DNA of 64,000 nucleotides. It comes from Mobula hypostoma. Its lineage: Eukaryota. The stretch lies in assembly GCF_963921235.1 (NCBI RefSeq), contig NC_086109.1, positions 26,228,001 to 26,292,000 of the forward strand, written 5' to 3'. The position numbers and the translations under genes are program-made. The notes below the pieces were generated by a model. The model saw only the letters and a list, made by a program, of their open reading frames with translations, searched no databases and was not told the DNA's origin. Below are positions 1 to 13,034 of this stretch, one piece after another. Numbering within the stretch: the first letter of the stretch is position 1; each line of letters begins with the position of its first letter.

Positions 1-177
1 TATTACACTGCAGTCTATATCAATCTGATTCCATTATTAGTGATAACTAGGGTAGTTTGATTTAGTATTTTCACAGTACTGCATCCATACATTATTGTGA
101 TGCAGTTTTGAGTTTTCTCTCTAATTGAAGTATTGTATGGAGTTCAAATCCTAGTGCTAAAGCTGTGGAAATTATTA

Positions 178-1102
178 TATTTATTTATTTGTTTGTTTAT
201 TGACATGCAGAGTGGAATAAGCCCTCCCAGTCCTTTGAGCCACAGCGCCCAGCAATCCCCCAATTTAATACTAGCCTAATGGTTGTCAAGAAGGCTTATG
301 GAATGTTTATTTTTATTAGTCGAGGCACTGAGTTTAAAAGTCGGGCAGTTATGTTGCAACTTTATAAAACTCTGGTTAAGCCACATCTGGGGTAGTACGT
401 ACAGTTCTGGTTACCCCACTATAGGAAGGATGCTGAGGCTATGGAGAGGATGCAGAAGAGGTTTACCGGGATGCTGCCTAGTTTAGAGGGCATGTGCTAT
501 CATAAGAGGTTGGATAAACTTGGGTTGTTTTCTCTGGAGTGCTGGAGGCTGAGAAGAGATCTGATAGAGGTTTACAAGATTATCAGAGGCATAGATAGAG
601 CGGAAAGAGAGTATCAGTTTCCCAGGGTTGAAATGTCTAATTACAGAGGGCATGCATTGAAGCTGAGGGGGTTAAGTTCAAAGGGAGCATGAGGAGTAAG
701 TTTTCTTTTACTCAGAGAGTCGTGGATGTCTGGAATGCACTAACTGGTGTGGTGACAGAGGCAATTATATTAGAGACTTTTAAGAGAAGTTTGGATAGGC
801 ACATGGCTGTAATGAAGATGGAGGGATATGGACATGGTGTAGGCAGAAAGGATTAGTGTTTGGGTTTTAAAATTTTTTTTTAGCACAACATTGTCAGCCG
901 AATGACCTGCTCCTATGCTGTAGTGTTCTATGTTTTATGTTCTAATCATGGGACAATTTACAATGATAATTAGCCTATCATCTTTGGGCTCTCAGAGGAA
1001 ACTGAAGCACCTGGAGGAAACCCACATGGTCACGGCGAGAACGTGCAAACTCTTTACTGACAGCAACGGTAAAGCGTTGTGCTAACCACGATGCTACTGT
1101 GC
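178..1102 (-). mobile_element. tRNA-derived V-SINE (HE1-like), split by a CR1 insertion
   Basis: Reverse-strand SINE: head gcacagtagcatcgtggttagcac near 1100, V-domain near 1000-1060, (AAAT)n-like tail near 180. Interrupted at 281-941. Confidence 0.75.
281..941 (+). mobile_element. CR1 LINE 3' fragment
   Basis: ORF 441..692 (LGLFSLE..RLRRDLIEVYKIIRG) is the CR1 ORF2 C-terminus. (ttctatg)-type tail. Short direct repeat ctaat at 276-280 and 942-946. Confidence 0.85.
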
Positions 1103-1179
1103 ATAAAAAAAAGTTATTAAATAAATCCAGACTTTAAAAGAAATGCTAACTAACAATGGTCATGAAGCCATGGAATTGG

Positions 1180-1610
1180 AATTGGAATTAATTTACTTTT
1201 ATCACACATACCTAGGTAAAGTGATAGGCTTGTCTTGCATACTGTTCATATAGATCAAATAATTACAAGTGAGTGCTTTCAGGCTTTTGCGTCTTCTGCC
1301 TGATGGGAAACAGGAGCAGAGTGAATGTTGGGAGTGAGTGGTGTCTTTGATTATGATGGCTGTTTTACCGAGGCAGCAAGAAGTATAGACAGAGTCCATG
1401 TAGGAGAGGTTCGTTTCTGTGATGTTCCGAGCTGCGTCCACAACTCTTCAGTTTCTTACAGTCACTGAAAGCAAGCAGTTTCCAAAACAAGCCCTGATGC
1501 ATCCAGATCAGTTGCTTTCTATGGTGCATTGATACAAAGTAGTAAGGGTCGATGGGGACATGCCAAATTTCTTTAGCCTCTTTAAGAAATAGAGGCATTG
1601 GTGAGCTCGA
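1180..1610 (-). mobile_element. Rex1/Babar LINE 3' fragment
   Basis: ORF 1202..1441 (CLGKTAIIIKDTTH..FPSGRR..SLKA) matches the Rex1-type RT C-terminus seen in other copies in this window. Confidence 0.65.
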
Positions 1611-1794
1611 TGGTTAGAAACCACCAGCCACAGAGGTACAGTGACATAGTGGTCAACTTACAGTGGGGCCAGACAATCAAGGGAACCAAACAATGCAGGA
1701 GGGGAATGTAAGTTCTGGAATGAAATGCTGGTGTCACTACTGGTTTACCATTAAAACACCTGTCTGAATCTTGGTTCACCGGTGTGATTAACCT

Positions 1795-2950
1795 CCTCTT
1801 CTTCTTCTTGGACCCTTAGCTTCCAGTGGAGCACAGACCATCGATGACCTCCTGTTTCTATCATCCTTTGTTCTGACCCATTTTCTCGATGATGGACCAG
1901 GAGTGTCCCCATCATCTAATTTCAGCCTTGATACCTCTCTTCCACGTGTTTTTTGGACGAACCTTTTCCCTCTTTCCTTGGGGATTCCATTTTAATGCCT
2001 ACCTGGAGATGTTGTTTGGCTTCCACAGGTGTGACCAATCCACTCCATTCCTGTTTGCATATTTGTATCTGTACAGATTCCTGTTTGGTGTTTCCCATGG
2101 TGTCTGGTCCATTACTTTGTCAGTTCATCTGATGTTTAGGATTCTTTTCAGGCACTGGTCAATGAAAGTCTGCAGTTCTTGTAGGGCCTTGACCACTAAC
2201 TCCACCATGCTGTGTCGAAGACCAAATGTAGATAAAATGAAAGTGATGAAGGTAAACTGCTATAGACCTTTAGCGATAGAATATAGAAACACAGCACATT
2301 ACAGGCCCTTCGGCCCACAATTTTATGCTGATCATGTAACTTACTCTAGAGACTGCCTAGAATTTCCCTCGTGCATAGCCCTCTATTTTTCTAAGCTCCA
2401 TGTACCTGTCTAAGAGGCTTTTAAAAGACGCTATTGTATCCGCTTCTACCACTGCCACCGACAGTGCATTCCACGCACCACACTCTCTGTGTGAAAAACT
2501 TACCCCCGACACCCACTCAGCACCTATTTCCAAGCAGCTTAAAACTATGCCCCCTCGTGTCAGCCCTAGGAAAAACCCTCTGGCTTTCCACATGATCAAT
2601 GCCCCTCATCATTTTATACACCTCTGTCAGGTCACCTCTCATCCTCCGTCGCTCCAAGGAGAAAAGATATTCTCATAAGGTATGCCCTCCAATCCAGGCA
2701 ACATCCTTGTAAATCTCCTCTGCACTATCTCTATAGCATTCACTGCAGTGGTGAGTAATACTAACCTGGAAGAAGTGACTTCCTTTGTCTATCTTGGAAG
2801 CATTGTGAGTATATATGGTGGAATGTCAAAGCCAGGATTAACAAGGCCAGAGTAGTTTTCTTCAAGGCCATCTTGAAGAAAGTGTGGACATCCAGAGTCA
2901 TATCAAGGAAAACCAAAGTCAACTTCTTCAACTCAAATGTTAAAACTGTG
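1795..2950. mobile_element. RTE-clade LINE fragments (1795-2185 minus, 2745-2950 plus) with a CR1 3' fragment between them (2275-2745 minus)
   Basis: (gaa)n-type tail near 1800. LEEVTSFVYLGSIVS..KARINKARV-like RTE RT C-terminus at 2766-2950. ORF 2357..2599 is CR1-like. Confidence 0.55.
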
Positions 2951-3599
2951 TGATTAACTATCAGCTATAATAACTACAGTTCATTTGCTCATGGGCAATA
3001 AATGTTAGTCTTCTAATATTGACATCTACTGAATAAGTGGAAAATAAACCCTCCCAGAGAAGAAAATGTTTTGTTTGACGTCGAATTCTCATTTTAAAAG
3101 AATGAGGTGGACACTTCCTTAAAAAGCTGCTTAGGTTAAAGGGGCAATTAAGGATGGGCAATAACGCTGTCCATCCTGTGAACAAGAATAATCCGAATGT
3201 GATATATTCGACTGAGTTTGAATTTTTTCTGTGGAATTCTGTCCGAATAGCTCCAGTTTTTTCCCCCTTGAGCTCCCTATGGCACAACGTTCTGTAACTA
3301 TAGCACCGGGGGCTGTTTAGTTTTCTGCTTGCTTCGTTTGGAATTGAAATAGAACTTCATTTGTGGCCAGTTTAGATTTATTGCCTGGAACGTGAATTAT
3401 TTAAAGTATAGAACGTCGAATTCTTTAGGTTCAAAACATTCAATTGTTATTTCACCTTTGTGTGCACCTGTAACATGAAATGATGTAATGCAACAATAGT
3501 TTACGCCAGAGGAAGGCGTTGCAAGCTTATTTCAAACATGAAACACAAATTTGCTACATATTTTGGATGGTGAGGAAGGCGGCCTGTGTGATCAAGAAT

Positions 3600-3848
3600 T
3601 CTTCTCACTTGCTGTAAGGTGGCGCACCTGTCATTTGTCAGACCACCGTCCCAGGTTTCGGGCACTTCCGTGAGTTTCCGCGAACTGACGGAAAGAGGCC
3701 AGGCGGCAGAACCAGTTCATTGTATTCGCACTTTGTCAAAGCAGAAAGAAAGGAGCGTTCACGAGAGGGAACAGAGAGAGAAACGGGGTGAGAGAGTACG
3801 CCAGCTTCTCTGCATGTGACACCACCGACCCCGCATATCTGCCTCGCC
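3600..3848 (+). promoter_or_regulatory. Probable promoter/5'UTR of the ELAPOR gene
   Basis: Non-repetitive, CpG-richer stretch just upstream of the ATG. ETS/GABP-type CACTTCCG at 3663-3670 and E2F-like TTTCCGCG at about 3675-3682. Confidence 0.5.
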
Positions 3849-3950
3849 ATGAATGGAAACACCGCGCCTTCTTGCATTTTCTCTCTTACGTTGCTTTTCG
3901 CAACAAATTTTCATTTCAGCATGACAAATAATCTTCCACTCTGCAAAGAG
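3849..3950 (+). CDS. ELAPOR1: ELAPOR1-like (KIAA1324/EIG121) coding exon 1, signal peptide
   Basis: ATG in Kozak-like context (ctcgccATG). Translates MNGNTAPSCIFSLTLLFATNFHFSMTNNLPLCKE, ending CKE like vertebrate ELAPOR1 exon 1. Donor GAG|gtaaag. Phase 0 joins the exon at 43427. Confidence 0.85.
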
Positions 3951-4342
3951 GTAAAGTGATTTTTGATACTGCATTATATGCTAGTAGTGCACGTCTTTAT
4001 AATGTCGAATTTCTGCCTGAAATTACAATACACTGTAGCATTGCTTCCGAGGATGAATAATATCTTATTCTGCTATTGGGAAACGAAAGTATCGATTTGG
4101 AAAGCTTAGAGAACTACACTGTTGTACAATTTGGCACTTTGCTAGAAATGCGCAAATTATAATTGCATTTTTCCCTGAAATATTACAATTGACTTTAATT
4201 TGCTGTAGAGAAAAGTCTTTTGGATACTTCACTTACCTTGGGCCATAGACCAAGCAAGGCGCAGATATTTCTCCATATGGCAGGTTTAATTTTTATTTAT
4301 CAGTTATTATGCGAATTATTAAAGACATGTAATTATTACTGT

Positions 4343-4536
4343 AACACACAACGAAGTTGCTGGTGAACGCAGCAGGCCAGGCAGCATCTGTAGGAAGAAG
4401 TGCAGTCGACGTTTCAGGCCGAGACCCTTCGTCAGGACTATCCTTCCTACAGATGCTGCCTGGCCTGCTGCGTTCACCAGCAACTTTGAAGTGTGTTGCT
4501 TGAATTTCCAGCATCTGCAGAATTCCTGTTGTTTGC
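4343..4536. mobile_element. Short Penelope-like (PLE) insertion forming a hairpin, with a hammerhead motif in the loop
   Basis: About 55-bp inverted arms (4343-4397 / 4443-4497). 14-bp TSD gtaattattactgt at 4329-4342 and 4537-4550. Sequence matches the 3' end of the GIY-YIG-bearing copy at 20391-21890. Confidence 0.88.
4404..4439 (-). ncRNA. Minimal type I hammerhead ribozyme motif
   Basis: Minus strand AGUC-CUGACGA-AGGGUCUCGGCCU-GAAA-CG-UC-GACU: intact core, stem I AGUC/GACU, palindromic ACGU stem III, GUC cleavage triplet. Confidence 0.8.
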
Positions 4537-5551
4537 GTAATTATTACTGTGGCGTTTTAGGTGCATGGTACAAATTTTATTCCCCCCTCCCCCAACACAC
4601 ACCTTGATAGAGTGAGGTCGTATTTAATCAATACGTGTTGTTTGCTATCCTGTAGCTGAAAGTCACCGTTTTCAAAAGCGTTTCGTACAAAGCAAATTTT
4701 TGTGTTCTTTGGATTCCCCTGCGTTATCTGACAGTCTATTGGGTGTGATTTGAAAGTGTCCTTCGCAAACCACAATTTATACTTCAGGATTTAGTAGAGG
4801 TTCCTGTTGGCACACGTTGAAGCCCTTGTCAATATCATAAAGTTCAGGCACAGCACTTGGTTATTGTAAACCACCAGATGGTGTACGGGAGAATTACTGA
4901 AGAATTGTAGCCGTCTCAGCATGAGAAAGGACCCGATTGTAGAAACATAAATATATTGTTTTAAAAGTTATTGATCATATTTGATAGTGCACAGATCAAT
5001 AAAATGTAAAATTATGAGAAGTGATATTTGAATGATCAACAAATTACAACTTCATTAAGGACCATAGGACACTAATTTGTGACCCAATCTAAATGGATGA
5101 AAATTATTCATCAGAAATATTTCAATACAAGTTATTTTTGAATCCCCCCGCCCCCCAGAAAAATGCCTAGATGCTTAATTGTTGAAGTTCTCTTCCATGG
5201 TTTTATTCCTTCTACACTTAAATCCTTGATTAAGTCTGAAGTCATCTGAAACACCCTGTCCTGCACCATGTCCTGTTCATCCAGTCTCCTGTGTTTGCTC
5301 CTGGATTAAGCAACACTTCAATTCAAAAAATCTCATTTGATGGCGCTTAATAACTTACAGTCTCCAAGCTGGCTACACGCCTGTAAAACTCTCAACTTGA
5401 GAATCTTTGCATCTAATCAAGTCAGTACTGATATCTGCCAATATATTAAGCTTTGGAATTCTTATCCTAAACCTCACCTCTCTTTCCTATTTTAGAATAA
5501 TGGTCATCAAAGCCCAACTCTTTGGCCAAGTTTGATTAGCAGTATACTCTA

Positions 5552-5945
5552 CACTCAGTGGCCACTTTGTTAGGTACACCTGGTCGTTAATGCAAATATC
5601 TAATCAGTCAATCATGTGGAGCAACTCAATGCATTAAAGCATACAGATATAGTCTAGAGGTTCAGCTGTTGTTCAGACCAAACATCAGAGTGGGGGAAGG
5701 AAATGTGTTTGAAGTGACTTTGACCATGGAACAATTGCTGGTGTCATATGGGGTGGTTTGAGTATCTCAGAAACTGCTGACCTGCTGGGGATTTCATACA
5801 CAATAGTCTCAAGACTTCATAGAGAATTGTGCAAAAATCAAAAAATATCCAGTGATCAGCAATTCTGTGGATGAAAATGCCTTGTTAATGAGAGAGGACA
5901 GAGGAGAATAGCCAGATTAGATCAAGCTGACAGGAAGGTAGCAGT
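5552..5945 (+). mobile_element. Truncated Tc1-family DNA transposon
   Basis: TA then CACTCAGTGGCCACTTT TIR start. Degenerate transposase N-terminus (SDFDHGTIAG..GLSISETADLLG) near 5710-5790. Confidence 0.65.
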
Positions 5946-6129
5946 TCATAGTCCACAATAAGGCATTGATATTTTTGATAGAAGTATTTCCTCTACTTTT
6001 TAAATGTTGAAATTTAAAATATATTTGACGGGAATATATTTCCTCAATTTTCATCTTTAATCCAAAAATGGAGAGCAAAATGCCCAATATAAAATATCAT
6101 GAGCTTTGTCACTAACCATAATTATTGAA

Positions 6130-8020
6130 AGACTTATTAGAGGATTGGGAAACTTTTAAAAATATATGAAAGCAACTTAAAAAAAAGCATAAGCAGGGAA
6201 GAGATGAAATATAAAGATAAGCTGGCCAATAACATGATACAAAAGCTTTTTTCAGATCTATAAAGAATAAAAGAGAGGTAAAGGGGAATATCAGGATGCT
6301 GGAGAGAGTAATGGGGAACAAGGAAATAGCAGATGAATTGAATAAGTAGTTTGCATCAGTCTTCACTGTGGAAGACACTAGCAGTATGCTGGAGGTTTGG
6401 GGGCAGAAGTGCGTACAGTTGCTATTAATAGAGAGAAGGTGCTTGGGAAGCTGAATGGTTGGAAGGTGGATAAGTCACCTGGACCAGGTGGACTGCACCC
6501 CAGAGTTTTGAAAGAGGTAGATAAAGAGATTGTGGAGGCATTAGTAATGATCTTTCAAGAATCAATAGACTCTGGCATGGCTCTGAAGGACCGGAACATT
6601 GCAAATGTCACTCTGCTCTTCCAGAGCAGAGGGAGGCAAAAGAAAAGAAAAGAAATTATAGGCTAGTTAGCCTCACCTCGGTGGTTGGGAGGATGATGGA
6701 ATAGATTATTAACAATTTGGTTTTGGGGCGCTTGGAGAGATATGAAAAAAGAGGTCAAATTCATCATGGTTTCCTTCTGGGAGAGTCTTACCTGAAAAGT
6801 CTATTGGAATTCTTTGAAGAAGTAACAAGCAGGACAACCAAAGGAGGATCGGTGGATGTTGTGTCCTTATATTTTCAGAAGGACTTTGACAAAGTGCCAC
6901 ACATGAGGCTGCGTAACAAGATAAGAGTCCATGGTATTACAGGAAGGATACTAGCATGGATATAGCATTGAATGGCTGACTGTCTGGTGCGACACACTAG
7001 AAAAAAGCATTGAATGATTGGCAGGATCCAAAGAGTGGAAATAAAGGGAGCCTTTTCTGATTGGCTGCTGATAATTAGTGGTGTTCCGCAGGGGCCAGTG
7101 CTGGGACAACTTATTTTTACATTATATGTCAGTGTTTTGGATGATGTAATTGATGGCTTTCTGACTAAGTTTGCAGACTATACAAACGCAGTGGGAGGCA
7201 ATCAGTGTTTAGAAAGGAGGGAGGCTGCAGAAGGACTTAGACAGATTAGAAAAATGGACAAATACTGTAAGTGGCACATGGACACAGTGCTGGGTAGTGT
7301 CTTGTCATGCAATTTGGTAGAAGGAATAAAAGCTTAGGCTTAAATGGGGAGAAAATTCAAAATCCAAGGTGCAAAGGAACTTGTGAGTCCCCATGCAGGA
7401 TTCTCTAAAGCTTAATTTGCAGGTTGAGTCAGTGGTGAGGAAGCAAATGCAATGTTTGTATTCATTTTGAGAGGACTAGAATATAAAAGCAAGAATGTAA
7501 TGCTGAGGCTTTATAAGGCACTGGTGAGGCCTCACGGAGTATTGTGAGCAGTTTTGAGCCCCTTATCTAAAAAACTATGTGTTGACATTGGAAAGGATTC
7601 AAAGGAAGTTTATGGGAATTATTCTAGGAATTAAAGGGTTATCGTATGAGGAGCGTTTGATGGCTCTGGGCCTGTACTCACTGGAATTCAGAAGAATGGT
7701 TGGGGGGGGGGAACCTCATTGAAACCTATTGAACGCCTAGATAGAGTGGGTGTGGAGAGGATTTTTCTAATAGTGGGGGAGTCTAGGACCAGAAGGCACA
7801 GCCTTAGAATAGAAGGATAACCTTTTAGAACAGAGATGAGGAGGGATTTCTTCAGCCGTAGGGTGGTGAATCTGTGGAGGCCATGCCATTGGGCATATTT
7901 AAGGCAGAGGTTGACAGGTTCTTGATTAGTCAGGGTACGAAAGGTTATGGGGAACAGGCAGGAGGTTGGGGTTATGAGAGAAAATGGATCAGCCATGATG
8001 AAATGGCAGAGCAGACTCGA
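6130..8020 (+). mobile_element. Old CR1 LINE (degenerate ORF2)
   Basis: ORFs 6397..6666 (KSPGPGGLHPRVLKE), 6717..6965 (FQKDFDKVPH), 7014..7337 (SGVPQGPVLG..KFAD) and 7874..8071. Confidence 0.9.
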
Positions 8021-8599
8021 TGGAAAATGTATATAACAAAATTAAGAAGTCTTTTACTTCGTGACCTATAATATTTTTTAACTAACTTATGTGGCAAGAG
8101 TTTTGGCAATGCCTCTGTTTCTTGCTCATCAAGAAAGGCAAGGAGCTCCACTCTTCAACTGCTGCAGTCCATCTGGTACAGATACTGTTGTTGAGTTGTT
8201 GAGAAAGCACTTTCAGGATTTGGATCCTGTGTTAATTAAGGGATATATTACCATGTTAGGATAGTGTGTGGTTTGCGGCAGAATCCGCAGCTGACAGTGT
8301 TCCTGTTGGCTTGCCTTTCTTGGTGGGATGGCTTGTGGAGAGATACAGAATCAATGAAGTTTGTGGGTGGAGGATGAGTGGAATTCCATAGCTGAAGGCT
8401 CACATAACAAAGGAGATGGTTGCATAAGGGAAAGCATAGGAAACTGAGAATGTGCAGACAGCTGGAACTAAAACAGTGTATGTGTAGTGTTTGTAGGATT
8501 GTAGCAGATCACAGAGAGAGAAGGAGGGATTTGAATATAATTGTAAAATTGAGATGCTGCTGCAGAGGCAAGGTCTGCTTTCCCTGGAGTTGAGGAGGT

Positions 8600-9240
8600 T
8601 AAGACCATAAGATGTAGGAGTATAATTAGGCCATTTGGTCCATCAAGTCTGCTCTGCCATTCGATCATGGCTGATTTATTTTCTCTCTCAACCCCATTCA
8701 CCTGCTTTTTCCCTGAAATCTTTGATGCCCTAACTAATCAAGAACCTATCAACTTCTGGTTTAAACATACATCATGACTGAGCTCGACAGTCATCTATGT
8801 GGCAATGAATTCCTCAGAATCACCTCCCTCTGGCTAAAGAAATTCATCCTCATCTCTGCATTAAAGGGATGTCCTTCTATTCTGTGGCTGGTCCAATACT
8901 TGGAAACATCCTCTCCACTTCCATTCTATCTGGACCTTTCGATGTTTGGTAGGTTTCAATGAGATCCCCTGATTCTCCGAAACTCCAGTAAATTCAGGCC
9001 CAGAGCTACCAATCGCTTCTCAAATGTTAACCCTTTCAATTCCGGGATTACTCTTGTAAACCTCCTCTGGACTTTCTGTAATGCCAGCATATCCCATCTT
9101 AGCAATGGCACTCAAAATGTGGTCTGACCAATGCCTTATAAAGTCCCAGCATTACATCTTTGCTTTCAATTCTAGGTCTCTCAAAATGAATGCTAGCATC
9201 GCATTTGCCTTCCTAACAACTGACTCAACCTGCAAGTTAT
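8600..9240 (-). mobile_element. CR1 LINE 3' fragment
   Basis: Reverse complement of the CR1 3' region seen at 7400-8020. Confidence 0.75.
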
Positions 9241-9924
9241 ATTTAGCTACTTCTATCCTGGCTTTGCCAATAAGCAACAATCTAAAACCAATCCATATGA
9301 ATTTTAATTTTCAGACATCAGTCGGAGTAGAAATAGGTGTAGCTAATAGAACTACTGGACTTCAGCCACAATGGCCCGTAGTGTAAATGCCTGTTGCTGG
9401 AGATGAGATGTTATTATTACATGGCATTTCTAGATTTATGCCAGAAGAGTATATAAGCTAATTCTTTCCCCAAGTAATTTTGGTTATGAAAGTTATTGGA
9501 CTCTACGAGGAATAAATTAGTGTAAGATGATGTGTTGTTTACGAAGCTATTGTGGGTGTGTGTGGGAATAGATTGTCTCAATTGATTTTAAACCCTTGCA
9601 GAACTGCAAGAAAATATTTGGATTTTTTGTTTCTATTGTTTCTCAGATTGGTTATTCAAAACTGCCCTCCCACTCTCTGAGCTTGGATGTTGAAGGGGTG
9701 TATCCAAGGCGTCTGATAAGGCCTCATACACGTCCTCATTGCTCTTACTGTTAGTTTGTCTTGTTTTGTGTACTTTAGGCTTAATAGGGCCTAAATCATT
9801 CATGAACATATGTAAATAAATGGGTAGATGCTTTTCAGTTTCGCTATGGCCCCCACACTACACTAAATAGCTCATGAAATTGAAACTGACTTCTCTCCTA
9901 GTGGTACATTATATAACTGATAAA

Positions 9925-10480
9925 TATGAGAAAGTCTGCAGATGCTGGAAATCCAAAACAAGAGATACAAAATGCTGGAGGAACTTGGCAGGTCCAGCAC
10001 CTCTGCTCCGTCTGCTACAAGCGGGACTTTCTAATGGTCAAACATTTTAATTCCGATTTCCACTCCCGTTCCAACGTGTCGGTCCATGTCCTCGTGCCAA
10101 GATGAGGCCACCCTCCGGGTGCAGGAGCAACACCTCATATTCCACCTGGGTAGACTCCAACCTGATGGGATGAATATTGATTTCCCCTTCTGGTAATCAG
10201 TAACCATCCCCTTCCTCTGTTTCCCACTCTGGCCTTTCACCTCTTTCCACCTGCTTCTTACTTCCCCCTGGGTCCTCTCCTCCTTTGCTTTCTCCTATCA
10301 GATGAATTCTTCTCCAGTCCTTTACCTTTCCCACCCACCTGACTTCCCCTATCACCTTCCAGCTAGCCCCCTTCCCCCTCCCGCCCCACCCCCAACCTTT
10401 TAATTTTGGCATCTTTCCCCCTTCCTTCTCAGTCCTGAAGAAGGGTCTTACCCCAAAACTTTGACTATCTTATTCATTAC
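9925..10480 (+). mobile_element. Old Penelope-like element fragment with inverted 5' arm
   Basis: GIY-YIG C-terminal remnant (EATLRVQEQHLIFHLGRLQPDGMNIDF), pyrimidine-rich 3' region, decayed hammerhead at 10431-10466, inverted 3'-end arm at 9925-10000. Confidence 0.75.
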
Positions 10481-12433
10481 ATAACTGTTTCTATTTTTGA
10501 AGATCACCTGAAGAGTATAGGCAGGCAACTTGCTACCTCTCAACCTTCTTCAGTACTTCATCTGTAATACCGTGCAGAATAAATTTGGTCCAGATTTTGC
10601 TATGAGGATTTTCATTGCAGTTGTATTAATGAAGATTACTTTCTTGGGCATTTGTATTCAGTTTCTTAACTTCTTTAGGCAGAGCTCATATATGTATATA
10701 AAATCTACATTGAAGTTATTGGAGTAACTTTGCCTCTTTTGGTTCCAAGTTTCTTTCTCGTGTTCTTGCCCATCTTTCTTGTTGCAGATCAGCAGGCTGG
10801 GGGGGGTTGAGTAATCTTTTCATTTTTGTGTAAGGGAGGGGTTGGGGTGTTTGGTTTGTGAGTTTTTATTTCTTTTCATGTGGGGTGTAGTTGATGTCTT
10901 CTTTTCAACTACTTATATGGCTTTCTGTATTCTATGGCTATTTGGAGAAGACATATTTCAGAGTTATATTCTGCATACATTCTTTGATAATAAAAAATGA
11001 ACCTTTGAACCTTTATATAAGTAGATAAATGGCCTACAATATTTAGAACAAATAACTTTTCATCATTCAAACTCGAGTGATTTGATGAAGGAAATGAAAG
11101 ATTTCAAAACATTATCTCCTATTGAACAAAGTAAAAATAAAATTTTAAATATCTGAAAGGCATCGTGATGTACAATGAACTATAAATTCTGAATAACCAA
11201 AAGTAATCATTTCGGTACTTCATGTGAATTCTATATAAAGAAGTAGAGTTGAACTGTGCACAGGACATAGGCAGTTTTAACTTAACTCCAACCAAGAGTA
11301 AGCATAATAATCAAATCTGCATAAGTGTGTGTTGTGCTAAAGTTGATGGCAGGAATCATTGTCTAATACATGCCTGCCCTTTTTTCCCATTGTCCTAGCT
11401 GGGTTAAAATGATCCTTGCAATGTCACAGAATAGGAATTTGGAGGCTCAGAATACCTTCCTATAAACTTTGCTATATTACCAAATCATATCATGTCCTAT
11501 CTTCTTTACTGCTGCCTTTGTTACGTATCCAGTCAGCTCACAGTTAGATATTGTTGGAAGCTATGAAAACAATGGTAGCGGACAATTTGTGCAGATTAGA
11601 CAGCACAATAGACATCCATAATTTAATGAGAGTCTAGTTACCCATTTGTGGCATTGCCAATGGTACAAGTATCTTGAAAACTTACCTGCCAATGAGTTTG
11701 TTTGGAAGCTGAGCCCAGACTTCATGGCTGGAATCACTCGACCGTTCAGGCCTGGAAGAGAGCAAATTTCTATTTGTTTCAGACATTGATCAGTGAAGAT
11801 CGGAGAATGAGAGACAACCTCACTAGTGATAACAGTCAGAACAATCCCACTGGAAAAGATAATCAGAGGAAAAAAATCTTTTACGTTTTGTATGAATAAC
11901 TGGAAAAAAGGGGGTATTTTAAAGGAGGCTGGGAAGAATGAGCAAATAAAACATTTAACTTTAAGGAACTGAATGACCTGAATATACTTTACTCCCAGTG
12001 GTTAAAATCAGGCCTTATAAATTTACAGTCAGCTTCATTTGGCAGCTTTACAAATATTGTTAGGATTTGAAATTTTGTTATACCAGTGAGTAGAAAAGCA
12101 AATATGGCTAATAAATACAAGAAATGGAAGAAGTAGCTGGATATTAATAGATGCTACGGAATAATTGCATATCATTTTAATTGAAATCTATCCCAAAATA
12201 ATTTTATAACTGATTTGTTTAGCCAATATGTGGATTTTATTATTTGTACAATTGTGTAACTTCACTTTTTGGAACTGTGATGTTGGAAAAACAAATACTT
12301 GGTGAGAAAGTGTGCTACCCTTGTCCTCTAGGTACACAGCAAATATACCAAAGAGACCATTATTAGATTTTTAGAGGATTTTCCCCAAGCCTTCCCACTA
12401 AAGTGAATAAGGTCTGTGCCTTCAATGGGTATA

Positions 12434-13034
12434 CTAGACGTGATTGATAAGTTCATGGCCTATGGTAGAAGGAGTCAATTTTAGAAAACTTAGCACATTT
12501 ATTTTTCAACTTAGTCCCCTCCTACATTTACACACTTAGTCCAGCGGTCGTGGAGCATACGGATCTTGGACCTCCAGAAAGTGTCCACAGCAGGGGTGAT
12601 TGATAAGTTCGTGGCCTAGGGTAGAAGGAGATGACTTATACAGCTCTTGTTATATGCACATACAGTTCAACTCTTTGAGTGATTATGCAGAAAGTTTGAA
12701 GTTAATAACTAATCTTAGTCTACCTTAGGCCACGAACTTATCAATCACCCTGATGCGGTATTAACTGATGAGTTATTAACATCAAACTTTCTGCATAATC
12801 ACTCAACGAGCTGAACTGCATGTGCATGTAATAAGAACTGTCTAACTCATCTCCTTCTACCATAGGCCACAAACTTATCAATCACCCCTGCTGTGGACAC
12901 TTTCTGATCCGTATGCTCTACGACTGCTAGACTAAGTGTGCAAATGTAGGAGGGGACTATGTTGAAAAATAAATGTGCTAGATTTTCTAAAATTGACTCC
13001 TATCTTAGGCCACGAACTTATCAATCACCCCTTG
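12434..13034. mobile_element. Mariner-type palindromic MITE with nested TIR copies
   Basis: TA on both sides. TIR motif (gggg)tgattgataagttcgtggcct occurs five times. About 280-bp inverted arms. Confidence 0.85.

Noticed and set aside
2961..3287. ORF as a candidate head-to-head neighbour gene
   Set aside because: No recognisable similarity, a non-ATG start, and overlap with a SINE-like fragment (ttattgcccatccttaattgccc).
12434..13034. Recurrent ~30-bp motif resembling CRISPR repeats
   Set aside because: Copies occur in both orientations, the spacers are mirror images, the ends are flanked by TA and there are no cas genes. These are mariner TIRs in a vertebrate genome.
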